NCBI GenBank assembly: GCA_946965045.2 | Contig: OX337228.1 | Span: 2,790,001-2,854,000 of the forward strand | Length of the DNA stretch: 64,000 bases | Source of the DNA: Epithemia pelagica | Taxonomy: Eukaryota; Protista; Bacillariophyta | Direction: 5' to 3' | Part shown: in pieces, positions 21,986-35,392 of the stretch | Position numbering within the stretch: position 1 is the stretch's first letter | Layout: every line of letters starts with the position of its first letter | The notes under the pieces: generated by a model | Seen by the model: the letters and a program-made list of their open reading frames with translations, nothing else | What the model was told of the DNA's origin: nothing | Databases searched by the model: none | Program-made: the position numbers and the translations under genes

Positions 21986-23326
21986 ATGGCGTTGCGGCGA
22001 ACGACAGCAAAGACGACGGCAGCTGGCATACTGCTGTCATCAATCTTCATATGCTTATTGTTCATCGACCCAAATTTGGTATATGCTTCCAATTCACAGG
22101 AAATTGTTTCCAGACGTCACTTGGCGGAGGGATACCAATACCATGGATACAATTATGTGGAAAGTTATTCGTACGACTTGTCAACCTACAGTGTTCGATA
22201 TGACAAGTGTCAGTATGTGAGAGCCTATGACGACGAAATGGCAGCAGATGAGGACAGTGATGGACCGCTTGCGTTGAAGCATTTTGTTCTGTTCCGGCTC
22301 TGTTCGACCGAGGATTGCGAAAAGTGTGAGAGTTCGCCGTACGGCAAATATGTGACCGAAGTCGACACATACCTGGAGTACACAGTCGAACAACAGAAGC
22401 AAATTTTCGAAAATATGTGTGAAAATTGCAATGAAAACTGTGAAAACGGAGGAGCCTGCACATCAGGAGGATGTGGTGAGCTCTGTGCCACATATGGCAA
22501 TATGGAAAACAGTGGCTACATTGATGCCTCCGAGTACGTGCAATGTCAACAGCTAAATGCAAATGGTGGTCGAAACCTTCAAAACAACCAGAGAACGATC
22601 AGAAGATTAACAAAGAATCATCGCCGTCTTAACGATAACAATGGAGACGACAATATACAAGCAGATGACTACGTGGAAGAGGAGGTTCAGCTATATATTG
22701 GACCCCGATGCAGTGGTAGTGATCGCAGAATTGTGATTAGTTTGTTTACGGACGAGAACTGCTGGGATCCATATGAAGATGAGAGTGTCGAAGATGTTTT
22801 GGGTGCACCCTTGTCGTACTACTTTTTGGAGCACACGTTCACCTCATCGGAGTCAAGTAACGGCAACCGAGACAAAAACAGTGCACGTGTGTGCCTGACA
22901 TGTGCGGAAAACGACCAAAATGCCAATCAAGGAGATCGAAACGATGCCGATCGCGTCAATGAAATGTGTGAGAACCTCTACGACGCAGCAGCCAAGTGCG
23001 AATCTCCCACTGGCATTTCGGCTGGGTTTATTCAAACCAAGCGCGACAATGACGAATATGAGAATCAAGTTGAAACAGAATTCTTGTCCTGTGCATTTAT
23101 TGACTCTCTCTTGTGGAATTCATATACCGAGAAGGGGGAGATTGACTACACGTCACGGCAAGATGTCTATGTCCGAGTGGTGACCAAGCTACAAGCCATT
23201 GCTTTGGAACTGATCGCCGTTAGTTTTGTAATTCTTTTGGCGCTCGTGCATTACTTTCAAAAGAAGATTGCGGAGACAAAAGGAGGTACCAACCTGCAAG
23301 CGGACAATCGCGCAATCTGGGCCTAA
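21986..23326 (+). CDS. Silicanin-like Cys-rich type I membrane protein with RXL motifs
   Basis: Signal peptide; RHL, RNL and RRL motifs; YSVRYDKCQYV..FVLFRLC..YGKYV domain; N/Q-rich segment; single C-terminal TM with short tail. Confidence 0.65.
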   Translation: MALRRTTAKTTAAGILLSSIFICLLFIDPNLVYASNSQEIVSRRHLAEGYQYHGYNYVESYSYDLSTYSVRYDKCQYVRAYDDEMAADEDSDGPLALKHFVLFRLCSTEDCEKCESSPYGKYVTEVDTYLEYTVEQQKQIFENMCENCNENCENGGACTSGGCGELCATYGNMENSGYIDASEYVQCQQLNANGGRNLQNNQRTIRRLTKNHRRLNDNNGDDNIQADDYVEEEVQLYIGPRCSGSDRRIVISLFTDENCWDPYEDESVEDVLGAPLSYYFLEHTFTSSESSNGNRDKNSARVCLTCAENDQNANQGDRNDADRVNEMCENLYDAAAKCESPTGISAGFIQTKRDNDEYENQVETEFLSCAFIDSLLWNSYTEKGEIDYTSRQDVYVRVVTKLQAIALELIAVSFVILLALVHYFQKKIAETKGGTNLQADNRAIWA

Positions 23327-23506
23327 CAGTGAGAGCCCTTGCTATTTTAGACCTTCTACTGTAAACCTGAAACCAATAATCTTTACATAACATCATATGA
23401 CCCTGTGACAAATCCCTGACAAGATGTCACTAGTATCTAAAATGCTACTCCTAGAAGGCAAGCACGAGTTGAAAACGGAAAATGCTAAAAGAGTGAAATA
23501 GGTTTT

Positions 23507-24495
23507 CTACATGGTGATGGAGAGGCCAGGTTTGAACGAGGAAAAGTCAGAGGTGGAGACAGATCCCGAGGCAGTAACGGTTACCTTGGGAGCAACTTCG
23601 GCAACCACACAAGCGTTCAGAACACCATCGGCTCCCATCTTGGCCTTCAAAGTACCAACCGACGCAAGTTTGTAAGCTCCACCAATTGCTTTGACATCAA
23701 AAAGTTTATCCTGAGAATGCGTTGTTTCAGAGGCAATAGAAAGATCAGGGTTGACTTTGTAAAGAAGGCCAATGGTGAAGGCATTCTTGGATGTGGCCGT
23801 AACGGAAGCAAACATGGGCCCTGTCGAGTAGGCCAAACCGTAGTTGAAGCCGGCCAATCCCTGCTTGTTTGCAAGGCTGTAGGTAGCATCCATACCCAAT
23901 TTGAGGCCAGAAGGAAGGCCATAGCAGGCAGATCCAGAGAACTTGGACATTCCCATCACATCAAAGGTTCCAGTGGCGGCCAATGAACCTTTTGTGTATT
24001 CAAAACCCAAATCAGCTCCCTTGTTGGCCTTGAAGCTAAGTTTAAGTTCTGGAGACACAGCAAGAGAAGTCTCAAGAACACGGCCACCATCAGCTTTCAA
24101 CTGTCCCTTGTCGACATTGAACTTGGCGTATGAAAATTTGGTGCCAACCTTCGACGTCAAGGCACCGGTTTTGTCTTGTTCGGTCTCGATAGTGACAGCG
24201 ACTGGACCGGCCGGTTTCTTGGCCTTAAGGGAGATCTTCGAGGTGTAGTCATCACCCAAAAGATCTACAGACCAAGTCCCAAGAACACAGCAGATTCAGA
24301 GAAAAAGAGAAGGAAGCATGAAAAAAGAATCCTTTGTCAGCGACTAGTAAAATTGTGATACCAGAGATACAGCGATTATAGTGATGACCAGATGTATGAG
24401 AACTGTCACCTGATACATCGAACTCAAGTCGATGTGTGAGCATCCCTGTACATACCCTTGGCAGGCTTTGCGATATCAGCGAATTCAGTGGCCAT
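23507..24495 (-). CDS. VDAC: Mitochondrial outer membrane porin (VDAC), 2 exons
   Basis: Exon 1 MATEFADIAKPAK joined by intron 24265-24455 to DLLGDDY; alternating beta-strand pattern. Confidence 0.85.
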
Positions 24496-24939
24496 GGTGA
24501 AACGTTTACGATCTTGACGATAATAATACACAAGTCGAGAGAGGATTGGTCAAGACAAAACGACAATGCTTTGCGGAGGCCTGTGTCGTACGTCGATCGA
24601 TTCGGATCGCACAACGGTCTTGTACTGTTCATCGGATAGCGCACGATATCAAACGGAGCGCGGTTGGTCTACGCAACAACGTCACTCTCGCTCCCACTCC
24701 AATCAAGTTCACTCGCTCCATCATCACCTGGGATGTACTGATGTGTCCACTCTACGCGCAAAAGAGTACGGAGTGTGTGAATGCGCGCAACCCCAATTGC
24801 AAATGGGAATCGAGTATCGACTATTGTGTACAGAATACATGAGCGGATAGATCCAATCCGAGATTCTGATGCCAACCAGATTTCTGCCATGAGGAAAGAG
24901 TACGATGGCACACCTTCACATACGTTGCAGGTAGGAAAC

Positions 24940-25267
24940 ATGGCACAATCAAGATTTTGTGGCAACCTTGTCTCTGCGTTAGCTCTCTTGTGCTTGCTTT
25001 GGGGAGGTGAGACAAGTACAGTCGTCGGCTTTTCCAATATACCACCACCTTCTCCTTTGCATCGAACGGTTCATAACCATGGGTCGACCCGCTTGTTGAG
25101 TACGCGTCGTGATCTTCTTTGGAAAGTTCCATTGGCGTCGGCTGTTGCGTATTCCTATGGAAAGTTGGCATACAATGCGTTTGCCACGCAAGGTATCAAG
25201 TTTCCACAAGCCCATGAAAGACGCGTTCAACGAACCATTGCCACTGCTTGTTCCGCCTCACGGGCGC

Positions 25268-25298
<31 letters not shown>

Positions 25299-25932
25299 GG
25301 CGGACGGCGAACCCTTTCGAGTGTTGGAGGTTGGAGTGGGAACCGAATGGAGAGTTGCTCGACGTGGTCTCTATGATGATGCCATTCAAAGGTTGGCAAG
25401 TACGGGAGTACGTAAGCTGGAGTTGACTGGAATCGACTTGGCGCCCCCATCCCCGTCGGTTCTACAAGATGCTCAAGAGAAACTAGCGTTTGCGGCTGCT
25501 CAGTCCGACTCCCCAATAAATGTCCAGTTGAAATTCTTGAACGAAGACACGCAACGCCAATCCTTCCCCGATGGATATTTTGATTCCATTGTATGTTGTT
25601 TCACTCTGTGCAGTGTCAATGACCCAGTGGCTTCCGTGGAAGAGATGAAGCGCGTCCTAAGACCCTCGGGTGGGACATTGGGGTACGTGGAACATGTGCA
25701 AGTGGAAGAAACAGAGCCCTATCGCATCCTTCGTTGGGAACAACGCAAGTTGGACAAGCTCCAGCAAATCGTTGCCGACAATTGCCATTTAAGACGTCCA
25801 TCCGATAAGATAATTGGACAAGTAATGATGGAAAACGAAAAAGCGTCAAGGGAAATTGAACGAGAACGTTTCTTAATAGACAGCATGTGGCCCATCTCGA
25901 TGCAATGTTGTGGAGTTGTACAACGAGGGTGA
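24940..25932 (+). CDS. Class I SAM-dependent methyltransferase (type 11, METTL7/UbiE-like), probably plastid-targeted
   Basis: VLEVGVGT motif I, FDSIVCCFTLCSV..EMKRVLRPSGG..VEHV; signal then GF presequence; (AAC)9 poly-Asn tract. Confidence 0.75.
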
Positions 25933-25963
25933 ATATGGCCCGTTGATGGAGAAAGTCAGTGTC

Positions 25964-27406
25964 CTATTTTTTGGAAACATCATGAATTGCATTTGCAATG
26001 TAATCGACATTGCCAGTCGTCACACCTGCCATTGAAATTCGACCATCTGCCGTACAATATACATGGTGACGTTCTCGCATTTCCATTACCTGATCTTTGG
26101 ACAAGCCACTGTAGGCAAACATACCAATCTACGGGGAAAGGTAGAAGTCGTAAGTGACTGGCACATCATTGATAGCACCAGGATGATTGGAGGACACCTA
26201 CCTGTTTGGTGATATGGTCCCATTTGTGCTTCGATCCGGCTTCTTCGAGACGAGATTTCAAGACTGATCTCATGGAATGAATCCGATCAGCCATACCTTT
26301 ACATTGCTCAATAAAATCTTTTGTAAGCTGCTCGTCGGAGAGAATGGTGTTGACAAGTCGAGCACCATGACGTGGAGGGTTGGAGTACATAGGCCGGATC
26401 ACGATTTTCATTTGAGACACGACTCGTTGGGCTTCCTCCTCATCGGCGGCCACCACCGAAAGGGCACCTACTCGATGTCCATACAAACCAAAGTTTTTCG
26501 AAAAAGATTGAACCATACCCATCATGTGACCATCCTCGACAAACATACGCACAGCCGCGGCATCGGTTGCTGCATCCCCTGAAGCAAACCCTTGGTAGGC
26601 GCAATCAAAGAATGGTAGCAGCTTTCGTTCTTTCACCAGTTCACTGATCTGTTTCCACTGCTCCATCGATGGGTCCATACCAGTTGGATTGTGAGCACAG
26701 GCATGTAATAGGATTGCTGCATGTTCTGGGATATCTTTGATGTCAGCAATCAATCCATCAAAGTCAAGACCGGAAACTGAGGAATCGTAGTAGCGGTATT
26801 TCCGCACCTCCAAACCTGAGTTGGTAAAAATGGGAATGTGGTTGCCCCACGTGGGATTTGGGACGTAAATCATGGTATGACCATGGCGTTTCAACAGCTC
26901 TCCCATGACACGAAGCCCTCCAGTACCCGAAAGAGCTTGAACACCCTTCACACGTCCTTCAGCGATGGCAGGTGAATCCTCTCCATAGGCGAACTTCAAT
27001 GCAGCATCCACAAACTTTGGGTCTCCAGCAATCCCCGAATATTCCATATCCTGAATGGGGCATGGTGATGTGAGACATGCACGAACAATTAACCCACATT
27101 TCCTGTCAAGGCAACATTATTTAACGAAAGCCGTACCAAATTCTGATCCAATAATCTTTTTTCTGCTTCCTTTACACATGGCAGAACGTAGGGTTTCCCT
27201 GCATCGTCTCGGTAGGCTCCAACACCCACAATCACTTTCTGTGGAAAGTCATCGCGCTGAAAAGCTTCGTTGAGGCCAATGATTGGATCCGGTGGAGCCA
27301 TGGCAAAATCAGCCCATGGGCTTGTCACCAACGAGCGCGAAGCTGTGGTGGCACATCCCAATCTTCTTCCAACCAAGGAAAGCTTGGAAACACTTCTCAA
27401 CAACAT
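25964..27406 (-). CDS. GOT2: Mitochondrial aspartate aminotransferase, 3 exons
   Basis: APPDPIIG, VGVGAYRD, LLHACAHNPTG, FFDCAYQGFASG, QSFSKNFGLYG; introns 27051-27136 and 26129-26201. Confidence 0.92.
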
Positions 27407-27675
27407 ACTATTTCCCTCACGGCTGTCCAAATATCTTCTCGTTTTGGTTGATGATTGCTGTATTCCATGAACACGAAAGGGTACGTGGTTGGTCTTTCTA
27501 CGGTAGGGAGTAGGGAGCTTGCGGACCACGGACGGTCGGACGGTGCTCTATGTCCTCTCTACAATACAATCTGCACGCCAAAGAGTTGCTTGTAGGAGTA
27601 GTACTTAGTACTCCTAGGAGTATCCGTAGGAGTAGTTCTACATCCATTTCTTCTCTCCAACCTCTTTGTTTACCT

Positions 27676-28309
27676 CTAGAAGTCAATAGCATTCAGAGAA
27701 GCAAGTGTGTTTTCCAAGTGTGCACATTCAGTGTTGACCGTCCTGTTTTTGTTGGAAAGCGAGTCTCCGGAAGCGACTAAACGAGCAATACGTTGTCGAT
27801 AGACCTTACGAATCTGCTCAATAGCGGATCGCTTCGCCGTTCTAACGCTCCCATTGACGTTGACAATCAACACAGCAGCTCGTCTTCCAGCTAAGGAAGT
27901 CATTAATGTCAATGTAGACCGAATCTTGTCATAGTCCGACCGCAAAACCCGAATGAGAGCAAACCGTGTCGTTGGATCGGCGAATCGAACTGTGGTGTGG
28001 AACAGGCAATTGTTAGATTTTGACGGTGTGAAAGTCTTTTCAAACAAAAATTAACAGTCAGAACAGACCTTGTATATCCTGTGCTTCCCCATAGGCCCCA
28101 ACCCCAAAGTTCCGACAGTGATCATCACGAATACAAAAGAATATTTCTTTCTTGGAAGGGAATTGGTCATCAAGGGAGACGTTAGGAGAAGGTCCTTTGC
28201 CTGGGTGATTTATCACAGTCCCAGATGAAGAAGCTGATTCATCCATATGGCGCAAGGACTCTTCAAAATCCAATCTCACCAGAATCCAACGAACCTTAAT
28301 TCTCACCAT
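27676..28309 (-). CDS. POP5: RNase P/MRP subunit Pop5/Rpp14-like, 2 exons
   Basis: N-terminal MVRIKVRWILV; second exon ALIRVLRSDYDKIRSTLTL..VNGSVRTAK; exact intron bounds not fixed. Confidence 0.7.
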
Positions 28310-28481
28310 ATTCCTCTGCCGTACGAATCAATCAACATGAATGTCTCATTTAATCACCTTCGTAGTGTCTGAGATTGATTCGAGATCAGATGCTTCTGCC
28401 CAAACATCGATACATCATGTGGGCTAATTGAACAAGAGCGAAGCCGCTGTTCGCGAATCTCTGGATCAGATGATGGTTGGT

Positions 28482-28535
28482 CTCTGGGCTCTGGGCTCTG
28501 GGATCTTGTGGATCTTGTGGATCTTGTGGATCTTT
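28482..28535 (+). repeat. Short compound tandem repeat (CTCTGGG)x3 + (GGATCTTGT)x3
   Basis: Directly visible in the intergenic region between POP5 and the EGF gene. Confidence 0.85.
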
Positions 28536-28847
28536 GGTCGCGGTCCTGCATTCGGTCGGGTCACGATTCAGCAAGTTTACTTTAACACCAATTAGTACTC
28601 CTGAATACCGGTACGACAAGATTTTGCTGTACTTTGATATAGATCCCATTCCCACATCTACAATAATTTGATCCGACAACTCCGACCCACCAAGGGTTGT
28701 CGCCACAAAATCTCAATTCCGACTTTGGTTTTGTGCACGTGACGACGGGTTTGCGGCTTGTCTGACAAGAGAAGCTAAAGTTAATGGTTTGAAACGAATA
28801 TACAAGCAAGAGCATTTGTATGAAGGAGTTGACCATAGAAAACGAGG

Positions 28848-31192
28848 ATGATGCGCTCTGGAAAGATTTTGGGAATTGTCCTTACTGGAACAAGGATTGT
28901 TTCTGTTCATGCAACTTTGGATCCCTATTCGACACCTTGTGGTCTTCTGACATGTCACCATGGTTCAACCTGTGAGAGCGGGCCTCTCAGTATTGATGAA
29001 CATATAGAAGATGGTTCTTATCTGTTTCTTGGTGGACAGCCAGAGGGCGCGGACTATCATTGCGAATGCGCGGCAAGGTATACGGGTGTAGAATGCACAA
29101 TTCCATATCAAAAATGTGGAGAACGCCACAAATGTTTGTAAGTCTCCTAGGTGTTTACTTGAGTGGGGATTGTCACCTCTCTTACCAAATCATCTTTCTA
29201 TTCGTCATAGTTTTGGAGGCGAATGCTTCTATGGACTAGAAGATGTTCTTGGAGACGATGAGCTGTTTTGTGACTGCTCCATGGCAAAAGATTCCGACGG
29301 CAGAAGATACGGTAAGTGCGGACTTGTCCCGTCATGAGTGATTTCTTTCTGTTTCTCAGTTGTGCGTTTTCGGTGGGGTGTTCGTCACAGGGGGGAGATT
29401 CTGCGAACAATTGCTTGAACAAGATTCTGTGTTGGGAAACTCAGGTCAATCCAACTTGGACGACTCCGTTCCCTTTACCAGGCATGACATGACCCTCTGC
29501 CACGTTGATGGAACTAACGAAGACTACGGATGCATGTACGAGGGTGGCTGTAACCCATACTATCCGTAAGTATGGTTGACACGTGTTTCTTGGTACCGCT
29601 TCTTGTTCCTACATAAAGGATTCTGTTCTGACCCAGTCATTGTCTCATTATGACAGCACCGTATCTAATCAACCATGCATATGTACGGCGGGCCACACAG
29701 GATCTCACTGCGAATACCAAGAAGGGGACGTACCTGACTGTTCCCTGTCATGCCAAAACGGAAGTGCGTGCAAGATTGGCCGTCCAGACCCCATAGAAGA
29801 TAGAATGGCTTACGACAAATATCTCCAGACAAGTGTGGACATCAAGTTTATGTGGTGCGACTGCCCCACGGGGTATCATGGTGAACTATGCGAAATCCCT
29901 TCTATTCCATGTGGGGAACATCTCTGCTTCAACAATGCAGAGTGCATCGAAAAAGAGAACCACGACGGAAGTCAAACTCATATGTGCAGCTGTCAGAAGT
30001 CCGAAGGTGGTCTCAGTTACGCAGGCAGATACTGTCAGTATGAAGCCACTTCGTACTGCTCTAATGGAAACAGCTTTGAAGGTGACAATTTCTTTTGTAC
30101 CAATGGTGGACAATGTCGTGAGGAAGCTTGGCTTGGCTGCGATTGCCCACAAGGTTACGATGGATTCTCCTGCGGGTACTTTGTCGGGTTCGATTCCTCA
30201 GAAGAGACAAAATCCAGCCCAGCGAAATGTGATTTGGATTGCAACGGCCGAGGAACATGTGTTCCTGGTTTGAAGAGCCTGTCGTATCTTGGATCTGCAG
30301 CACATGCAGAGCATTTAAATGCTACAAACACCAACGACTTGGAGCATTGTGTGTGCCAGAATGGGTTCACAGGGTTGCAGTGTGAACACGACGTTGAGCG
30401 GTGTGGAGAAGAGGACGGACACTTTTGCTTGCATGGAAGTAAATGTACCAAAACTCCAGGTGGAGGCTCTTTCTGCGACTGTACCACTGCAACAAGTCAA
30501 CTTGCAGCAGCGTTTGCTGGTCTCCATTGCGAGCATCCAGCAACGAGTATGTGTATCGATTCAGAAAGCCAAGCGTCAATTTATTCATCATTTTGTGTTA
30601 ATGATGGAGTGTGCAATCCAAATGCAACAACATCACCTACATGGTAAGTGTGTTGTTTCGTTGTCGGTATGGCAGCATCGATAACATGTTCTCAAAGCAA
30701 CTTCATCTCTTTAGGACTCCTCCCTGCATTTGTCCCGTCGGGTGGGCAGGGGATCACTGCGAACTGAGAGACGATCCAAGAACGAATACTACTGCTGGTT
30801 CACGAACTAAAGCTCGCTCGTGGTTGTTTGTTGCCTTTTTCGTGGTCCTGGTGCCCATAATGTCATATGTGTTTTACAAACACGTCGCTGGACGCTTCAG
30901 TCGGAAGAAATATCGTTTCGTTAGCAGCCGTCCACCGTTCGAAATGAATAAGAAATGGCCCTCCCAACATCTGAACCCATCGACTGCAGATATAAATCTG
31001 TCACCGCATAGGGACTTTGGTCAAGACACTGAAGACGAGGACTATATCGCACCATTTCAACCTGCCAAACCGTTGATTGCACTCCCAAACACTCCTCCTA
31101 GAGAGACCGTTCCATTTGATCATCCAATTCTCTACATGGGGCCACCGCGCGACGAAGATGGGAATGAACTTGACGAAATAAGTATACTCTAG
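28848..31192 (+). CDS. Multi-EGF-like-domain type I membrane protein, multi-exon
   Basis: Signal peptide; repeated CxC..G..C EGF motifs across several exons; TM WLFVAFFVVLVPIMSYVFY; Pro-rich tail. Confidence 0.8.
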
Positions 31193-31223
31193 AGCTTCCC
31201 TATCATATCTTGCTCAACCGGCA

Positions 31224-32365
31224 TCAAGTATGCAAATGCTCGGCGTTCTTCTTTATGGCTTCGTAAATGGAATCAGGGGATAACTGCTCTCGAGCGAGGC
31301 ATTGATCTAATAGAAACTGACCCTGCTTCGTTCGCTCAAGGGAAATCGTTGTAGCCACTGTGCCAAGCTCGTATCCAACATCACGAACCAGAGATCTTAC
31401 GTATGTCCCCCCACCACACTCAATGTCGAGATTGAATCGGGGAAATTGAGAATCTTCGTCCTCATTTTTAATGCGTTGGCAGGAATAAATGGTTACCTTC
31501 CGAGGCTCGAGCTTTGTTTCGTCAATATGAAGTCCTTTGCGAGCCCTTTCATAGAGTTTCATTCCGTCTTTCTTTAATGCACCTTCAATCAAAAGTTAGA
31601 CATCACTACTTCATCTTGTACGTGAACCAGGGCGAAAAACTTACTAAAGACTGGAGGCACTTGGGCAATCTCTCCAACAAACTTAGGCAACACATCATCG
31701 ACAGCGGAAAGGGTAACATTATCAAAAGGCGCGGTTTTGGTCACGTTCCCGTCCATGTCAAGTGTATTTGTTTCAAAGCCCAGCTCAACTCCAGCTGTGT
31801 AGCGTTTGGATCCCTCCAAATAGCTTTCAAGGAAAGAAACATGAGTATAAAGTTGGCCATACCATCGATAAGTTATGTCGGCGAGCATAACGTAAACATA
31901 CCTTTGTAACTCTTTGGTTCCTCGACCGACACCGATTACTAAAACGCCTGTTGCAAGGGGGTCCAGCGTACCCCCATGGCCCACTCGAATGATTCTGCTC
32001 TTGTTTCGGCGTGAGTTAATTTTCGCCGGTTTGGCTCCTCGGCTTCTTGCGTCTCGTTCCAACATTCCGCGAATATAAGATACCATATCTTGTGACGTCC
32101 AGGTCAAAGGCTTATTCACAGCGAAAAGCCCCTCGCAGCGATAAAGTGGTACAGGGTTTTCGACGTCCGCTGTAGCACCAGTTGACTCCACCGAAGCAAA
32201 CGTTGGCTTGCCATGAAAAAACTGGTGGCGGTGATCAAATCGCCTTGGTTGGAACGCTCTTCTAGACGGCAGAAACATCATCATAATGGACAGACTAAAA
32301 GCGCAAGTTCCCTGAAGACTGGGCCACAGTATTCTTCTGCCATTCACCGAGCAGCCACTGAACAT
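31224..32365 (-). CDS. truB: tRNA pseudouridine-55 synthase TruB, multi-exon
   Basis: GLFAVNKP, RVGHGGTLDPLATGVLVIG, QVPPVFS, IECGGGTYVRSLVRD. Confidence 0.92.
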
Positions 32366-32481
32366 TTTCTCCTAGGCTGCACTGTCAGGAAAAATCTGTT
32401 CATAACATGGTGGTCGGAAGTCGGCAGTCGGCAGAAAAGATCTTGTTGCCGAGCGGCCATTATGTCGTGGAACAAAAAGTA

Positions 32482-32554
32482 CACCGAAGGTGGGGCTCGA
32501 ACCCACGACCACTAGGTTAAAAGCCTAGCGCTCTACCGACTGAGCTACCCCGGT
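32482..32554 (-). tRNA. tRNA-Lys(UUU)
   Basis: Reverse complement ACCGGGGTAGCTCAGTCGGTAGAGCGCTAGGCTTTTAACCTAGTGGTCGTGGGTTCGAGCCCCACCTTCGGTG folds as a 73-nt cloverleaf with anticodon TTT. Confidence 0.95.
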
Positions 32555-32763
32555 GCTCAAAGTTTGTGGCGAAGTTAGCGTATACAAACAATGGTCTACA
32601 ATATTCGTATAGGGCTTTTCCCGCCATCCGATGTTCCGAAAGAGGCGCGAACGCCGGGCGGGAAAGCCATGAGCCTATGATCGATGGATGTAAAGTACAA
32701 ATGTCAATGCTCATGAGTTGTCCTGGGTACATAGCGTAAACAATTGATTGGAAAGGTGCAGCA

Positions 32764-35032
32764 ATGTCAACAGTTCAGCAGAAAGAAATTCGAGCAGCTC
32801 TGAGAAAGGTTGGCTTGACGAAGCTGGACGATGAAATCGTGAGCAAATGTAAGTGTTGTCCACGTCTATCGAATGCAGATACGACGATGTGTTCTCTGAC
32901 ATGCTGGTCTGATTTGGTGAAGGCGTCGCTCTGACGACTCAAATAAGGGTTTCGCCCAAGGAAATGGCTGTATGTTGGGATACTTTAAGTCTCAATCGAA
33001 ATCTGAATACTCTGGACAACCATAGTTTTGACGCTTTTCGTGCCGAACTCCTCAAACATGCCAATGTCAACTCCAACACAATCTCCACGACCCTGCGCAA
33101 ACGATCCACTCCTCCTTCTGTCACTCCTCCAGCCAAACGAGCACAACGTATGGATCAAAATGCTGATACTCCCAAACCAAGTGCGACGGCAACTTTGAAC
33201 GAACGACGAGTCAGTCTGAGCCCCGACGTCCCTGTCGCTCGTCGCTCTTCGTCCAGTTCGCTGTACGACGAACGAAAAGGGGTAGGCGAAGTCGTTCATT
33301 CCTGGAATCCAAACGAGTTGAAAGATGCTGGTGATGACGGGGGTAGCACGAAACAGTCTACAAAAAACACGCGATGTGTCATTACCAATGCCGACTTTGA
33401 CACAAACGTCAAGACGCGCTACCGACACATGAACCATACAGTGGAGGAAGTTGCCCGAATTCTGGACGGTCATTTAGTGCGATTGGGCGACGCCATGAAA
33501 GAAAAGTATGGACTGGGAGAAGATACGTCAAAGGATGCCAATGACTCTGGTATTGCTGTTTTGGAGGCGGTAGGAGTTCCAAGGCAGGACCCATTGTGTT
33601 GCATTGGACGAATCTGCAATGAAGTAAGTTTATCGTTCGACAACCCTGAGATTCCCATCAGGTACTCAAAGCAAAATCTGACAATGGAATTCTTTTTTCT
33701 CAGGCCCACGAAGGTCGCCTGAATTCAAGCTCGGTTCTCTTGGAAGGCTGTCGTGAAGAATCTGGTGGTACTCGCATCCAGCTGGACCTCTCCCAATTGC
33801 AGTCGAACAAAACACCGTTCTCCTTATTTCCTGGTCAAATCGTTGCCGTGGAAGGTCTCAATCTTTCCGGTAGAAACATGGTTGTCCACCGTGTTTGTGA
33901 AGGCACCCCACCCAAGAATATGCAAACAACAGCGGGGCAACTTCTCGAATTTCACCACGGCGACAATCATCAGGGTGGATCTCCTTTGAACATTATGGTA
34001 GTTTCGGGACCGTTTGCAACACAAGGTGGACTGAACTATCAACCTCTATGGGATTTTTTGTACAAGGTCCAGGCTACACGACCGGATGTGGTGGTAATGA
34101 CAGGCCCATTTGTGGACATGAGACAAGAAGCAGTCAAATCGGGACAAACCACGGTCCAAAACGAAGATGGCACCGAAACGCTTTTGCCATTCGAGTCCTT
34201 CTTTGCGGAGCAGATATCCTCTGTACTTCAGGAGTTTTTCGCCAACGACGATGTTACCACTCAGTTTGTTTTGGTACCCAGTTTGCACGATGCGACTGCT
34301 GAGTGGGTGTAAGTCACACGTATTGCAAATCCTAATCCATTGTTCTTATCACAGATGCCAACGCAAGGCTGTTCGCACTCAACACATCCTATTATTGTTT
34401 GCAGGTTTCCTCAAGCACCGTTCTCGGACACTGATTCAGGGGCACACAAAAGTAACGTTTCCAAAATACCCGGTGCAGGCAACCTGCTTGGGTTGGGCAC
34501 AATGGACTTGAATGCAGTTAATGCCACGACAGACTCTGGTGGAAGGCCGATTCAACGAGTTCACTACATGTCCAATCCATGTACGCTCAAAATCAACGAA
34601 TTGGTTCTTTGTGTATCATCGGCCGATGTCTTGTTTGATTTGGGAAGGACGGAAACAAATGGAAACTTGCCACCCGGTACCCGTATGGGCCGTCTTGCCG
34701 AACACCTTTTGATGCAACAAAACTTTTATCCTCTCTTTCCGGGAGGCAAGGGGACGAACTTAAACCTCAAGAAACTGAGTGAGTTGACCATGCCTTGTCA
34801 ACCGGATATTTTGATTACTCCCTCCAAGCTCGCTCCCTTTGCCCGTGCGGCCTTGGAGCAGACTGTGGTCGTCAATCCAGGCTTTTTGACCAAAGGGGAA
34901 ACGGGTGGAACCTATGCGACAATTCAAATCCACCCAATGAAACGTGAGACGCTCGAGAATGTTTCGAACGACGGGGTCGAACTGGACCATTCGGTCACCT
35001 CTCGATCCAGAGTGGATATCTTTCGTGTATAG
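32764..35032 (+). CDS. POLA2: DNA polymerase alpha subunit B, multi-exon
   Basis: IGRICNE, LEG..SLFPGQIVAVEG, VVSGPF, PDVVVMTGPFVD, FVLVPSLHD, SNPC..INE, PDILITPSKL, VNPG motifs. Confidence 0.9.
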
Positions 35033-35392
35033 TCGTTTAACGTCGTATAACAATGGGATTTGAGAAACGATCACGTCTTTTGTCATTTATACTAGCACTT
35101 GACATAATAACCTAGACCCTACAAAAGACAAAGGTTGAAACTTGCGGCATTCATGTCTAGATGGTCCTAATTTATCTCCAGAACCCAAGTTATCTAGCAC
35201 TGGATACTTAATGCATCCCCAAACTCGTTTTCCACAAACAAAATGAAGGGATCCATATACCTTATTCCCTTCTGGATATCCCAAATCCCAACATGCCTCT
35301 CCCCCATTTAAACGTTCATGAAACCATGGGTGGCATGGCCATGGACCGCACCGTGCAGGTCTGAGGAAATACAGTGCTTCTGTCCGTTTTTT

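Noticed and set aside
25270-25297. (AAC)n / (CAA)n tracts here and near 49557-49585
   Set aside because: Ordinary poly-Asn/poly-Gln coding microsatellites
28482-28535. Short tandem repeats as a CRISPR-like or regulatory array
   Set aside because: No spacers, only 7-9 bp units, eukaryotic context; ordinary minisatellite
31224-32554. tRNA-Lys gene directly upstream of TruB as a linked system
   Set aside because: Pol III and Pol II units; adjacency is expected by chance in a compact genome
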